Shown: one piece after another, positions 20,553 through 38,294 of the stretch
Numbering within the stretch: position 1 is the stretch's first letter
Layout: the number at the start of each line of letters is the position of its first letter
NCBI RefSeq assembly: GCF_009914755.1
Contig: NC_060934.1
DNA from: the human T2T-CHM13v2.0 reference genome, Homo sapiens
DNA length: 64,000 nucleotides
Reading direction: 5' to 3' (one strand)
Position numbers and translations under genes: made by a program
The notes under the pieces: generated by a model
Database searches by the model: none
What the model was told of the DNA's origin: nothing
The model's input: only the letters and a program-made list of their open reading frames with translations

Positions 20553-22067
20553 AGAGGGTTACAGATCATTGCACATGGAAAATATTCCCAGCAGTAAACA
20601 CTTCCATTAATGTGATCTACAGCTTTTAAAAAGGAGCATCTCAGAATAAGATGGTGGTACAATTTGCTTATTGAGAAAGGAAAAAAAAATACATGAGTAT
20701 ATTACAAAGGGAAAAGAAGGAATGTGATTTCTCATGATTGAAAGCTTGATTTAGATTGCATACAGCTTTTGCTACCCAAGACCAAGCAGCTCTGGCAAGA
20801 CAGGGTGGTTTTCCGAATGCCAGACCGAGGTGCCTTATGAAGGCAGCTGCCGATGGTTCCAGATGTAGAGAGATAGGTGATGCAGGAGGGAAAGCTGGAT
20901 TGGAAAAGGGAGAGTTTTGTAGACGGGCTATGCTCATTGTGCCTTTGAAAGAGCAGAGCTGGCAGCCTGTAGTCATCATTTGGATATACAGGACTAGAGC
21001 ATGAATCTGATGTAGAGCTACAGAATGAAGAGCAACAGCAGCTGTTTAAATACCGAGAAAGTGTGTAGAATGAAATTGGACGAGCCAAGCATGGTGGTTT
21101 CATGCCTTTAGTCCTAGCTACTTTGGAGGCTGAGGTGGGGAATTACTTGAGCTCAGCAGTTTGAGTCCAGCCTGGGCCAGATGGTGAGACCCTGTATCTT
21201 AAGAAAAGAAGAAATAAGACCAGGTACAGTAAGTATCTCATGCCTGTAATCCCAGCACTTTGGGAGGCCAAGTTGAGAGGACTGCTCGAGTGTAGGACTT
21301 CAAGACCAGACTGGGCAATAAAGTGAGACCCATTTCTACCAAAAAAAAATCAAGAAATTAGCTGGACATGGTGGCACATGCCTGTGGCCCCAGTTACATG
21401 GCATGGCAGGCTGAGGCAGGAAGATCACTTGAGCCCAGGAGGTGGAGGCTGCAGTGACCCATATTCATGCCACTGCACTCCAGCCTAGGCAACAGAGTGA
21501 GACCCTCTCTCAAAAACAGATAAAGTGGACAGAAAATAGGTCGGTAAGGACTAATCATTTAAGGGACAAGCCCCCAGAAGAGTGGCTACTAGAGTGGGAG
21601 GAGGAAAAGCAGAAGGAGAAAGAGTTGAAGATAGGCGAGGCTGTGGTCCCAGTGCTGAATTCTGCCAAGCAGTGACTTGATTCATGAACACTCACTGGAT
21701 GCTGACTCTGTTGCTCTTCTGAGTGCTGGGGTAGAGGAGAGGAGAGGTGGAGCACAGTTCTTGCTTTTATGAGCTTATGTTCTAGGAAGTTCAAACAAGT
21801 ATTTTTTCAGGTAGTATGAAATAGCAGGAAGAGGAAGCAGGCTAAAGGGACACAGAGTGATTGGGGGCTATTTTAAGTAGAATGATAAGGAAGAGCCTGT
21901 CTAGAGAGCTATTTGAACAGTGACCTGACTGAAGGGACAACAGAAAGCAGTGCTGACATTACAGGTAGCAGGATGACTGCCAAGACAGAAACGCATTTCA
22001 TATGTGTTCGAGGAACAAACAGCAAGGTGACCAGCATGGGGAGAGTGAAGAATGAGGGAAACCTTGA

Positions 22068-22720
<653 letters not shown>

Positions 22721-22721
22721 A

Positions 22722-24285
<1,564 letters not shown>

Positions 24286-24659
24286 TGAAAAAAAATTTAA
24301 AAGTTTGAGAAAATATAAAATTTTTATAGTCTCCATGTATTTCTCCTAAGATCTTTCCCCCTATGAGGGGAGGAAAGAGGAATTATTATAACACAGGAAG
24401 ATGTTTACTACTCAGGATTTTTTATATCATCATATTTAAAGTCTTTTTCTGCACAGCTAAATCTGATTCCCTGCTACTAAATCTGATTGAGTTAGCAACT
24501 AAACTAACTGATTTGGTAGTATCTATCCAGATCACAAACAGAAATATTGTTAAGACTCCCTCAAAAAGGAGTTTAACCTCAATAGGTAACTCCTCCTAAC
24601 TATAGTTCTAAATTAATGAAACACAGTAGTCATTTAACAAGATACTAGTATATATGGCC

Positions 24660-25145
24660 ATTGGGGTATATGGGACATGCTACCTCAAAATATGACACCT
24701 TGGCATTTGAGAAAACAGAAGCAGAAAGGTCTCTCTGACCTTTCCCTGGCCCTTCTCCTCTGAAGCAGGACATAGAAGAATCCTCTAACCCTCTCTGGAG
24801 TAGGTCATAAGAACTTAATTCCAGTCCTCCCTATTCCCAGAGGAAAGGAGCCTCCTTATTTGTAAAGATGCAGAGAATGATCTGACCACACAGGCCTTGC
24901 TGAGCTCCCCCAGCTTATTCCCTTCAGGTCACACCCCTTTCATCTAATCGTGCTTCTCCAAAACTGTCCGCTTCTTCATCAGACAGCATCCAATTGACAC
25001 AGGATTTCCTGTTTCTCTTGAGTTTTTCTTTCTGAAGGCTCCTGTGTCTGGTAAAACTTATCTTACGTAAACTTGCACACTTTTCTCTGGTTAATCTGTC
25101 ATTTGTTCTAAGGGACTCGACCATGAACCTAGCGATGGCTGAGAA
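24660..25145 (+). mobile_element. ERV1 LTR-like element (MER34/MER39-like)
   Basis: gctacctcaaaatatgacaccttggcat...gaaggctcctgtgtc...gtaaaactta...ttaatctgtc pattern; family assigned by recall only. Confidence 0.45.
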
Positions 25146-25420
25146 ATCATTTCCCCCCTAGCCGGCCTAACTCATTTGAAGGAGCATACACTATTGTGTG
25201 GGAGTCATACTTATTCCTAACCATTTTGAAGAGATTCATCTTTAAATTAATATATTACATTAAATGTCTTCCTTCAGAAAAGACAATCTTGTGAACATCG
25301 CCTTTGGTGACTGAACATCACGAGATATAAAACAGGTAGAAAAAGAAAATATTTGGGGTGGCTCTAACTCTTAAATCCCATGAAATAATCCCCTCTTCTT
25401 TAGCAGAAACCTCAGCTCAC

Positions 25421-25552
25421 CTCCTCATCACTGCTGAACAACAGGGCAGATGCTTTCTTTTTGGAGAGCTTGGAGGCTTTTGCTTTCTCTTGTCTTTGAG
25501 CTTGTAGAGACAATGTCTGCTTCTTAGCAGCTGTACCCCCAAAAAGATTATC
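25421..25552 (-). pseudogene. FAM21 pseudo-exon 19 ([12 protein letters not shown]...[10 protein letters not shown]), last recognisable exon of the duplicate
   Basis: 132 nt, AG/GT bounded; no later FAM21 exon found to the left. Confidence 0.88.
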
Positions 25553-26806
25553 CTAGAAAAGCAAATGGCAGAAAGGTAAGACAACTTTATAATCAGAAAA
25601 CATAGGATGTCCTCCTATATCAAACTTTAAGGAAGTAAGTCTCCAGTCAGGTATACAAATAACAACTCTGGTGAGGAAAAACCACAAAATGCTAGTAAAT
25701 CCCAAACTACAGCCTTTTCTCACTGCACCCATAGAAGGGAAAGAGATTACCATAGAATTCGAAGGCAGAACAGCTGTGAATAAGCAGGAGAACAACATGC
25801 GAATGAGATCATGAAGTACAAGGAGAAACTGAGCCCCATCCAGTCGCCCTGTGGGCAAGTGCCTCTCTGCTCATTTCAGGTGGTTACAGCCTGCAATGGG
25901 CACGGGAGCCCCCGCAGCAGCCAGAAACTCACACTGTTGTCTCCACAAATGAGAAACCAGAACAATGGCTCAAAGGAGAGAACTGGGGGTCTGTCTCCAC
26001 TCCTTTACAGGTCAGAAAGACATACACCTGGGATGGAGGGAAGGCATGACTTGTGTTTCTCATTAGTTTCAAAGAGATTATACAAAGTGGAGAAATAGCT
26101 TACTAAATAAAATTGCTGGTGTACTAAGTTTAATGGCATTTGTAAATTCTTCTGTGGTCAAGCACTCCCCAAAAGTTATATTTATTAAGGTGCTTTTATT
26201 CAGATAAGGGGAACAAAAGCATCAGAGGGCCTGAGTCTGAGTTAGGATGGACAAACTCTTAACAGCAGGTGAACAGCCCTGGAATGTGAAGATGGATGAA
26301 GGGAGTGTCTTCCTGGATGAAGTCTCCTTTAAGGAGAGTGCGGTAATGTAGGACAGGCCAGGAGAATAATGAGCTGGTGTCCATTGGGGATGCTAATGAC
26401 AGAGCTCACATTCACTATGCACTTATTATGTGCCGGCACTCTGCATGAGCTTCACACTAGTAGTTACAGCTGCCACAATGACCCTACTCACTGTTAAGCC
26501 ACATGAGCTTAAGGAAGGTTAAGTTACTTGCCCCAGGTTCCTGGTTTGCAAGTGGTGGAGCTGGGATATGAACCCAGGGGTCTGATGGCAAAGCCTCTGA
26601 GCTCACCACCGCCCAGTACTGCATGAGAGTTAAGGTTTGGGTTGTCTTCTCTCTTATTTCTCTTCCCCACTGTGCTCTCTCCAGCCAGGATGGGAAAGAA
26701 AGACAATGGTCAGGACATGGCTGCCTTCTCCTTTGTATCTCCACTTGATCCAAAACATTCTTGTAGGTCATTGGGTATATGTTGATCCATCCTCTAGACT
26801 AAAGTA

Positions 26807-27169
26807 CAGCTCACCCTGAATGACACAGGTTTGAGCTGCACAGGTCCACTTCTACACAAATGTTTTCTCAGTAATATGCTGAAAATTTTTTTTCGCATTT
26901 GCAACAATTTGAAAAATCTTGCAGACAAACCACTTAGCCTAGAAATATCAAAAAAAAATAAGGAAATGCTAGATATGTCAGGAATACAAAAATATATAAA
27001 TAGATACTATACTATTTATAGGTTAATCAACTGTTTGTGTTACCCATGAGGCTTCTGGTTAACAGTAAGGTATCAGTAGATAAGTTTTTGGGAAGTAAGA
27101 AGTTATATATGGATTTTTCACTGCAATGTGGAAGCCAAAACAACCTCCTCACTGTTAAAGGGTCAATTG
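26807..27169 (+). mobile_element. Tigger2a-like TcMar DNA transposon
   Basis: TA|cagctcaccctgaa...ttaaagggtcaattg|TA terminal inverted repeats with TA TSD. Confidence 0.75.
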
Positions 27170-27754
27170 TATTTCTCAAAGGAAGATTTCTAAAAATAAA
27201 ACCTGTAGATTTCACTCCATAAGAACTGTGTCAAGAGGCCAGGCACGGTGGCTCGTACCTGTAATCCTAGCACCTAGGGAGGCCGAGGCAGGCAGATCAA
27301 CTGAGATCAGGAATTTGAGACTAGCCTGGCCAACATGATGAAACCCTGTCTCTACTAACAATACAAAAATTAGCCGGGAGTGGTGGTGCACGCCTGTAGT
27401 CTCACCTACTTGGGAGGTTGAGGTAGAAGAATCTCTTGAACCCGGTTGCAGTGAGCCAAGATTGCACCACTGCACTCCAGACTGGGTGACAGAGAAAGAC
27501 TCCATCTCAAAAAAAAAAAAAAAAAAAAAAAGAACTGCGTCAAGAATCTAATGTCTTCTCCATTGCACAGCTAGGAAAATATAAGGAAGAAGTCACTGAA
27601 ATAAAAACAGAAATATTTTTGTTATATAAACTTCAGGTAGCCTGACTGCTTCCCTACCACCTTTTGCTAGTATATGAGCCTCTGGGTAGAAAGTTACATC
27701 AACAACCGTTTTCTCCTAATCTAAATTATCTAGTGTTACAATAACAATGTTTAC

Positions 27755-27856
27755 CTCTTCATCTTCATCATCAAACAGGGAAACCGACGTGGGGAGCTTG
27801 CCAGGCAGCAGAGACGCACCTTTTAAGTTACTCGCACTTTGAGAAGAAAACAAATC
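27755..27856 (-). pseudogene. FAM21 pseudo-exon 18 ([34 protein letters not shown])
   Basis: 102 nt, AG/GT bounded, open. Confidence 0.9.
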
Positions 27857-28315
27857 CTGTTGGATTGAAATTAAAAAGTTGCTGGTTAACAGGAATATCA
27901 GTTTTTAAAATATCAGGTCAGTATAAAACACAAGTGACTCAGACATGACAGCTGCCATGTGTCTAGGCTTCTTTCCTGAGAGGGAAGGTGGCTCAGACAG
28001 AGTCCTTAAAGGAGGCCTCAGGGTCTGTGCAGGGTGTGTGCAGTGGCGCTAAGGAGGAGGAGAGCTACAGGATCTGGTGGGCTCGCAGAGCCCAGGGGCT
28101 TCTGTATTCCCACCTGAATGACAGAAGGCAGGAATAAGTTTTTGAATCAATTTCCTACACCATGCTAAAAAAATAAATAAATAAGAATGGCTTCCCATTA
28201 CTGTCTAAAGAATCAGAAATTAGACAGGGTCAATAAAGAAATAGGAGCTAGATTCCCAAATTAAGGGACCTACAACTATTTTATTTCGTAACACCCTTCT
28301 TTCCTAAGATTATGA

Positions 28316-28570
<255 letters not shown>

Positions 28571-28671
28571 TGATCCGCCCGCCTCTGCCTCCCAAAGTGC
28601 TGGGATTACAGACCTGAGCCACCGCGCCCAGCCCACTTATTTCTTTTAAATAAATACAAATTAAATTTTTA

Positions 28672-28926
<255 letters not shown>

Positions 28927-28937
28927 TCAGCTACTCA

Positions 28938-29042
<105 letters not shown>

Positions 29043-31408
29043 TCAAAAAAGTAAAAAATATAAAAATAAAGAAATTTTCAAAACGTTATAAGACATCAGC
29101 TTATCCTGCAAAGAAAGACCTACAAATTGAGCTACATGAAGTAGAAACATAAAATGGGACATCTAATCCCTTGGGAAGAGAAACATTAATACACAAGAGC
29201 TGAACAATTAAATAGGACAAGAACATATTTTCTAAGACCTCTTCTGACAGTTTTTTTTTTTTTAATCATGGGGTTGATGTCTACTCCTCAAACATAGACC
29301 TAATGAGTTCACTAAGTGAGATCTCCTCCACACAGTGTTTTTCCCCTGTGCTCCCCGGAGTCCCATGGGTTTATTTAGATAGAAGAGGCCACAAGGGGAA
29401 TTCCAGGCATCCCGTGTCCCTCCTGCATGTTACACAATGGCAAGAGAAAGGGTTCTGCTGTTCTAAGAAAATGAAAGTAAACCAAAGCAAAGAACAAAAA
29501 CAAATGTCAACATCACAGTTTTGGACCCTTAACTAATACTTTTATTGGTACTGCAAAAAAAGACACTTCCATTACCTCAAATATGTTCCCCTAAAATGAC
29601 TTCACAGGGCAAGCTTCAGCCCCACACTTGAGATACAGAGAAAGGAGTCAGGACGCATTCCTTTGGGTCCAAAGCTTTAACTCTTACTTAGACTGCCTTA
29701 GTTTTACTTCTCCTTGCCTCAGAATCTGAACAATATCCAATAAAAACATTCACTCTATGATGACACACATGAGGCAAAGCCTTTGGTAGGGTTTTCACAC
29801 AAGTCTGAGAGTTCATTTACACTCCCACCATCAAGAAGGGGAGCCTATGGCCTCTCCCCATAAACCTGGATGGGCCATTGTGACCATCTTGACCAACAAA
29901 TGAAGCAAAAGGACCACCGTTGACTTCCAAGGCTGGAACACAGAAGGCAACATGGCCTCCACTGGGCTCTCTCTGAGGACTCTCCCCTACAGCCCTGAGC
30001 CAGCATGTAAGAGGACCGGCTTCCCTGACTACATGCTGGGAGCCACACAGGGCTAGTGAGAGATGTCCCAGGGGCCCCAGTGCCCAGGTACCAGACATAT
30101 GAGTGAGCTGACCCTCAGCCCAGCCACCTTCAGACACAAGAGACCCTCAGTGACAACGGCCTAGCTAAGCCCAGTCAAACTCTCGAAGTATGAGATAACA
30201 AAACTACTGGTGTTATAAACTACTAGGTTTTGGAGTTACTTGTTTCATAGCAACAAATAACCAGAACATCTCGTAAGTCACTGAAATTGCTCACATTTGG
30301 TTTTCTTGTCTAATCAACAATTACTGGATGGCTTACCACATGCCAAGCACTGGTATTAAGGACAGGGTGCTGGGGATACAAACAGGGAATAAAAAGTCCT
30401 GTCCTTGTGGCACTTACTTTAGTGGGAAGTAGAGACAATGAATAAGTAAATATACATTGTCCCTGGCAACACGTGCTGTGGTAAACAGTGAAATAGGAAA
30501 GAGGACCAGGAGCACAGCGTGGTATGTGCTAGCAGGCTTCCTGTTGTGTGTATTTCATCAGCGAGGCCTCACAGAGAAATCGAAGAGTGAGGAAGCAAGC
30601 TGGATTCTGGGAACAGCATTCCTCAGAGTGGCAGGGGCCGGTGCAAAGACCCCGAGGTGCAGGTGTGGGTGACACAGGGGATCCATGAGCATAAGACGGT
30701 GGAGGCCCCATCATGCTGTTTCTCAGGGGTCAGGGTTGTGACTTGACTGGACTTTGGTTAATTGCCATGTTTTGTACACTCGCCTTCAATGAAATAATAG
30801 CCTCAAAGGTATTCTTTACGTCAAGGGCAATCACTATACTTCCAAAGGGTTCCATGTTCATCCTTGCTGTGAGTGCAAAGCCCAACCATGACAGCCTAAC
30901 CTAGAGCCCACAGTTTCTTGAAATACATGTAAGTTTCTGCCATGTCCACATGTTTTTCTGTAAAAGGGGCTTATTATTTCCCATTACATTTCTCATACAG
31001 GTCTCCGATCTCCTAAAAGGCCAACTTAAAATTAGATCTAAGACGACCTAGGCCTGAGAGATTCAGGAAAAGCAGTGAAATTCTGAGAGGTGGTTCTAAG
31101 GTACCTGGAGGGACCAAAGCAACCTGTGAACCAGGGTCCCACAGGCTGTTAGTGGTCTCAGTCTCGACAAGACAGATGGCTATGCCAGAACCCATCTGCT
31201 ACAGCATTAAGCCACGGTCTAGTTAGTGAGAATGTGAATAAAGGAAGTAGCATGGTGACCTCCACTCTGGTGCAAGCTCCTCATCACATCATGAGCCCAT
31301 GAACAGTTTACAATCTGAGCATCCTAAAAAGAGAGTATTTTCATCCCAGGAAACGTAAATACAGTCCAACCCAAAAGTGAAAAGTATTGTAAACATATTG
31401 CTTTCTAA

Positions 31409-31561
<153 letters not shown>

Positions 31562-31872
31562 TGAGTAATTGGGATTACAGGCTCGCACCACCATGCCCAG
31601 CTAATTTTTGTCTTTTTAATAGAGACAGGGTTTCATCATGTTGGCCAGCCTGGTCTTGAACTCCTGACCTCAGGTGTCCACCTGCCTTGGACTCCCAAAG
31701 TGCTGGGATTACAGGCATGAACCACCGCTCCTGACCTCTAGAGATAATTTTTAAAGAACTGGAGTACTTAACGAAAAGTCTTATAACTCTGCTGAGAAAA
31801 ACCTGATTCAGAAATAGTTTCTATGTCATATCCATAGACTAATACCCACAACTAAGGAAAAGAATACCATAC

Positions 31873-31959
31873 CTCAGAGTCCTCCTGATCCTAAAATAAG
31901 CCTTTTTGAGTGTTTGTTTCTGACGAGGGCTTGAGATTTTTGCTGGAAGGTAAGGTAAC
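31873..31959 (-). pseudogene. FAM21 pseudo-exon 17 with in-frame TAG (KGLF*DQEDSE)
   Basis: 87 nt; TAG at 31891-31893 (minus strand) in the ancestral frame. Confidence 0.88.
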
Positions 31960-32477
31960 CTTTGTTGGGGGAAAAGAAAAGAAAAAGAAAAATTAAGCAT
32001 TAACAAATAAGATACCCAGAAAAGAGTGTTTACTCAATCAACCATTTAGAAAATGCACGGAGTCTCTGCTGTGATAGGCAGCAAGCCGAGGGGGCTGTTA
32101 GGAGAACAGCAAGACAAACAGAGGACACATCTGGTGTATCAGGGAGCAGGACACACAGTCTGGGTCAATGGGTGCACAGATGGGACATATGCAATGAGAG
32201 ACAGCATGGAAAGACAGGCTGCCTGACAGGCCTACCAGGTTCTGAATGCTGGGCCTTAGGGGGTCGGCAGGAGAAAGTCAGGGTTTCACAGCCAGGACAT
32301 GACATGATGAGACAAACTGTAGAAAGAGGAGGGACCAGCTGTACAGGACAGCAGTGAAAGGTCAAGCAGTCAAAAGGGCTTAAAAACTGCTGGGGACACA
32401 CACACTGGCCAAATGCAGGTCAATCTGAGCACCAAAAACTATGATGGTCTGGCCAACATGGTCAAACCCAGTCTCTA

Positions 32478-32722
<245 letters not shown>

Positions 32723-33335
32723 CTAAAAATTAGGGAAGCAGAGGACGAGGAAACTCTTTATTCAGAAGATACCAACTAATAAGAAATATAGAATTAAAAA
32801 AGCAGTGGTTTATGACCACTAACAGGTTAACTGATTCAGGAAAAGATCATCAGTGGATTTTCAAAACACTGAGTAAAAGGCTGGGAGAGAACAGGTATTC
32901 ACACTGTTCAGCTATCACTTTAGAGATCAACTTAGCAATGGCAAAAGAGAACAGGGTACCTTTCCAATGAAGCAGTGTGGTGGGCACCCTAACAACCAAG
33001 TGACAAACGTGTCTGAATGAGGCAGACAGTGGACCTGATGTATCTTGGGAGGTGATCCAACTGGAAGTGCACAACCCTGCCTGCTTGTATTCTTGCCAAA
33101 ACTGCTCACCCTGAATCAATTCATAGAAAAATAATCAAGCAAATTCATGCGACACATTCTACAAGACAAGTGGCTGGACGTTAAAAAAAAAAAAAAAAAA
33201 GATGTGGGAGGTGTTGCACTAGATTAAGGAGACCAAAGAGACAGGACAACCAAATGCAATGCAGACATACTGCCTGAATCCTGGGTTTCTTAAAACAAAA
33301 CAAAAAAAATCAAAATACACAAAAATACTATAAAG

Positions 33336-33574
33336 CAGGGGTCCCCAACCCTGGGCTGCAGACCAGTCCATGACCTGTTAGGAGCCAGGCCGCACAGCAG
33401 GAGGTGAGGTGAGCAGCAAGCATTACTGCCTGAGCTCCTCCTCCTGTCAGATCAGTGGCAGCATCAGATTCTCATAGGAGGGCAAACGCTATTGTGAACT
33501 GTACATGCGAGGGATCTAGGTTGCAAGTTGCACTCTCCTAATGTCCCCAATGCCAAAAAGGTTGGGGACCGCTG
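33336..33574 (+). mobile_element. MER1-like hAT-Charlie element (internally deleted)
   Basis: caggggtccccaacc...ggttggggaccgctg TIRs; 8-bp TSD ctataaag / ctataaat. Confidence 0.8.
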
Positions 33575-34130
33575 CTATAAATGGCATTTTGGGGACAAGA
33601 GAGGAAATTACAATATAAACTATATGTGAGATAATTTTAAATCTGTATTCTATTTGTTGGGGTGATTTTACAAAGACATTCTGGGACAACTGGAGCAATT
33701 CTAATACAGACTAGATATTAGATTCTACTATAGAATTACTGTTAGTCTCACAGCTGTTGATAATGGCATTGTGCTTATATGGAAGTCTTTTCAAGAGAGG
33801 CTTAATGAAATATTTAGGGGTAGAATGTCACAATGACTACATGGAAACAGTTCCATGCAGCAAACAGTTCAAACAACTTACATGCAAATAGTTCAGGAAA
33901 AAAATAGATATGTAACAAGGTTTACATCCATAAAGTGTTTGCCAAAACCCTAAGAACTGATCAATCTGGGTGGCAGTTATTTGGGTGTTCACTGCAATGT
34001 TCTTTCCACTTTCTGTTTGAAGTTCTTCAATATGAACGTGAAAGGGAACAGTACTTCCCTCTGGGTTCCGGATGAATTATTAAAATGCTGCAGATCAATG
34101 CTCCTGCGTTAAGTCCTCCCTCCTGCTCGC

Positions 34131-34258
34131 CTTTTTTTCTGCTCTTGCTTTATTTTCATCTGTCTGACTCACCGTGGCTTCTGGCGATGCTACGGCTTTT
34201 TCTTTGAACAGATCTCCTTCTTCATCACCAAAGATATCAGCAGTGGATTGGACTTTGC
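34131..34258 (-). pseudogene. FAM21 pseudo-exon 16 ([20 protein letters not shown]...ARAEKK), GC donor
   Basis: 128 nt; donor reads AAG|gcgagc. Confidence 0.85.
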
Positions 34259-34609
34259 CTTTAAATACCAAGGCATAAAATTACAATAAGGCCGGAAATC
34301 CTACCACAAAAAATCCTACCACAAAATTCATAGAATAAAAAATTCTTCCCTCCCGAAGATTAATATGAAAGTTACATTGTTTCTTGGTTACTTATAAAGA
34401 AATAGTAAGTGGAACTATACTCTTCCCTTCAAATTTTTCAAAGAGTGTATTGACAGCTCAGTTGAAAGACAGAACAAATAGTTTAACCATGCAGCTGACA
34501 TGCTTATCCAAGCAGCAGTCTCCTGCTGCGGTTAGAGAAGCTTGGACTAACTTAAAAGGTGAAGAGGGATCTAGAGGAAGAAAGATCACTTAAGAGGAAC
34601 ACCAAGTCA

Positions 34610-34945
<336 letters not shown>

Positions 34946-36451
34946 TCAAAAAAAAAAAAAAAAAAAAAAAAATCAAACTGTACAAAAGCAGATAAAAGCA
35001 AATAATGAAATTCCCTCATAATTCCACCTGCCTACTCGAACAACATGGACATTGGAAACAGTTCAGCATACATGCTTCCAATTCCCCCAAAGGATGTACT
35101 AATGAGTTAACACTAGTTATTTACAAATAAGGCTATAAATAAGAAGGTAATTTGAACAATGTGTCTTACCATTTGTATTTTCCACTTAATGTACCTATAA
35201 AACCTTCCCAAGTCAACAAGCGTAGACCCCACTCGTTTTAACAGTCGCACAATATTCCACTGAATAGAAGGGCCATCGCTTACTCTACTGATGAATATTT
35301 TCACCACAGTAAACACTGCTGTACCGAATGGGGCATGCGTTGCTGAAATGAGGTCACTGACTCATGAATGTCTGAAGAGACTAGGAGTTGTCAAAGAAAG
35401 CAGCATCAATTTACTAGTGATTCTAAATCAGTTCTCAAAGATATCCACTAAGTGAGAGCCCTGTGGAGCTACAAAAAGCACTACTACCTTCATTCACTGT
35501 CATCTTCACCGAGACCTGCATGCATTCTGCATCCGTTTGCACTCTTTCTAGATTAACTAGGCTATCGTTTTCCCTCGTGCTTTGGCTTCCATCCTTACTT
35601 TCTACACCTAACACTGGAAAAGGACAGTAAGTCCAGACAGTCTGCTTCTAAATGCATTCTGATTCCATCTATTCCTATATCATCCTTTTTTATTTTTTAA
35701 AGTTGCTGAAAATCATGTGCAACTTAGGGATCTAGGGATCTACCTTTCTTTTCTGGAAGAGCAGTCAATGGATCTAAGTCTTGCTATTCCAAGTGTGATC
35801 TACAGACCATGAAGCTTGCTGGAAATGTAAATTCTCAGGCCCCACCCTGGACCTACTGAATCGGAATCTTCATTTTGACAAAAGCCTCTGGGAGATTCAT
35901 CTGCGCATTTAAAAACAAATGATTTACAGGAATGACTTCAGGAACACAGGACTTACATTTAAGAGGAAAAAGAAAGGAGAATGCCAAAAAGAAAGGAGTG
36001 GCCAAGTGGATGAAAACCCCATCATGTGAAGAAAGACCAAGGCCACCTGAGCTTTTTGGCAGAGAGAAGAGAAGCTGGGAACTAAACGGCCAGCACACAA
36101 AATGCTGCTCATGTAATTGACTAAGGTCAGCTGGAAGAAAGTATGATTAAAACTTTATAATTCCAAAGGTCAGAACTGCGAATTAAGCAAAAATTATAGG
36201 GATAAAGACTTCAGCTCTCTATAAGGAAAATAATCATAGTAATTAGCTTACAGAGCAGAAAAGATTGGGTCATAAAACAGACCTCCCAGGCACCACACCT
36301 ACGTAAGTACAGACACAACAGCTCAATGACAGGAATGCTGGGGAAGGGATTCTGGTACTATAAGAGATACAGAACTAGGTGAGCTTATCTTCCATTTAGG
36401 CAACATTCTTTTTCTGGCTGAAGTCCTAGACACAGAGGCAGGAACAAATAC

Positions 36452-36624
36452 CTGTTTTGGAAGGTTTGCTGTGGGGTGTCGAGAAAAAGTCGTTATCATC
36501 ATCACCATCATCATCATCAAACAGGCCAGTGGGAGGGGGACCATAGGGGCTTTTCCTTGGAGTGGGCTGCTCAGGCTTCTGTGGCTCCTTCAGTGATGGA
36601 ACGGAGGCAGCACATCCGTGTCTC
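36452..36624 (-). pseudogene. FAM21 pseudo-exon 15 with 7-nt deletion
   Basis: 173 nt between phase-1 junctions (not a multiple of 3); GATGTG|CTGCC lacks the F-G codons; the rest encodes ...[20 protein letters not shown]... Confidence 0.85.
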
Positions 36625-37013
36625 CTGTGAGTGAAGGGACAAGACAGACACAGCTGTGAGCCAGTGTGGGCCTGTTGAATTTACAGAAAAAAATTATCAC
36701 CCACCAAAAACTTTCCATTTCAGTTAATCCACAAAATGCATTAACAGGGCCCAATAGCCTCCATCCATTACTGCTACAGAACATCTCACAATGGAGAATC
36801 ACCAGGTCACTCAAACACAAAAAAGTCCAAGGCCACTGAGCTCTAGGAGAATAAGAGCTAATATCAGTAAATGAGCTCTTTCTATACGCTGCTCAAAGCC
36901 CTTTGAAGCTCCCAGGTACTTCCTCATCTCCAGCCAGGCTTTAGAAGATGATAATTTTGAAATGGAAAAAACAGTATTTGTGTAGTTTTTAGAAAACAAA
37001 CCTGTTATGTTAC

Positions 37014-37073
37014 CTAAAAATACAGAAACAGCTCCTGCTAGGATTTTCTTTCCAGGTTTGGATGATGAAGACT
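37014..37073 (-). pseudogene. FAM21 pseudo-exon 14 (SSSSKPGKKILAGAVSVFL)
   Basis: 60 nt, AG/GT bounded; lies within ORF 36811..37245. Confidence 0.88.
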
Positions 37074-38294
37074 CTAGAATGAGAAAGCAAGGGATAACCA
37101 TTTTTACAAGGGAAATAACTTTCCTTGCTATTTTCTTCCTGAAATATGTGCAATGTAACACACAGCTAGTACCAGACCTTTTGAAACTACTTTTTCCTGA
37201 ACAAGCCATTTTAAAATTCCTTAGTATTTTCTTCTCTACTGACATCAGGACTTTTTTGGGGGGATTGATACAATCTCAGCTGTGACTCCAATGGAAGAGC
37301 ATGCTGACCGTCATCAAGCCACAGCAGTGGGTCAGCTGGGGGACACCAAGGGAGGAGGTGAGCACAGCTGGCAGAGGCAGGGACAGCATGACCGGGGCTC
37401 CCCCAAACAGTTCCACCTCTACCCATTCCAGTTGGATGAGAATGAACGAGTGAAAAAGAACAGCAAAAACATGTGAGTCATCAGTAAAAAAATAAAGACA
37501 TAAGAGCAAAGGGGGAAACCAAGCAAGTCACTGATGCCAAAACGTGGACAGCAGAATGCAGAGGAGCCCGCACAGCACGCACAAGGAGCGGCTTCCAAGG
37601 CCCAGCTCTGATGCCTGTGCCCGGGAGACTCGGCACTTAGAATCACTAATTCCCAAGTCCCAAGAACTACCACAAACCTATGGAGTAACATTTGTAGGTT
37701 AAAAAACATATTTATATTTGTGTTTTTTAAAAACTGCACCAATGGGACAGGTGCAGTGGCTCATGCCTGTATTCCTAGCATTTTGCCAGGTCTAGGCGGG
37801 TGATCACTTGAGGATAGGAGTTTAAGACCAGCCTGTCCAACCGTCGTCCAACACGGTGAAACCCTGTCTCTACTAAAAATACAAAAACAAAAACAAAAAC
37901 AAAACCTGTGCAGATGATTTTAATGCACACTGGGTTGGGGAATTACTGGTCTCCAACTTATATACAGAATGTTAAAAACGTTTCTTTAAATTAAACTTCA
38001 TTCAATGAAAATCATCCTCAACATTGCTCTAGGGTACTTTTCTTGTCTGACTTTTTATGAGTTCTCTCCTAACAAAGAGGCAAGACTGTGGTATGGGTTT
38101 ACCGGTGGTACTGTTTTTTCCAAGACATGAATTAGTGAAGATGAATTACTTTCAACTGGACCGCAGTAAAAACAACAGCTTCCTGCTTAACACAGAAACA
38201 AGGCTTGGGAACAACCTCAGGGTTCCATCTCCTAGTGAGAAAGACAGTTTTGGAACTCTGCACACGGAGACGCAGCTGCCCAGCCCCAGCTTAC

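Noticed and set aside
20600-21080. Unique-looking segment with overlapping 80-120-aa ORFs
   Set aside because: No recognisable homology, domain or convincing splice structure
36492-36520. (CAT/GAT)n repeat and poly-Met ORF 36323..36544
   Set aside because: It is the poly-Asp stretch of FAM21 pseudo-exon 15 read in another frame
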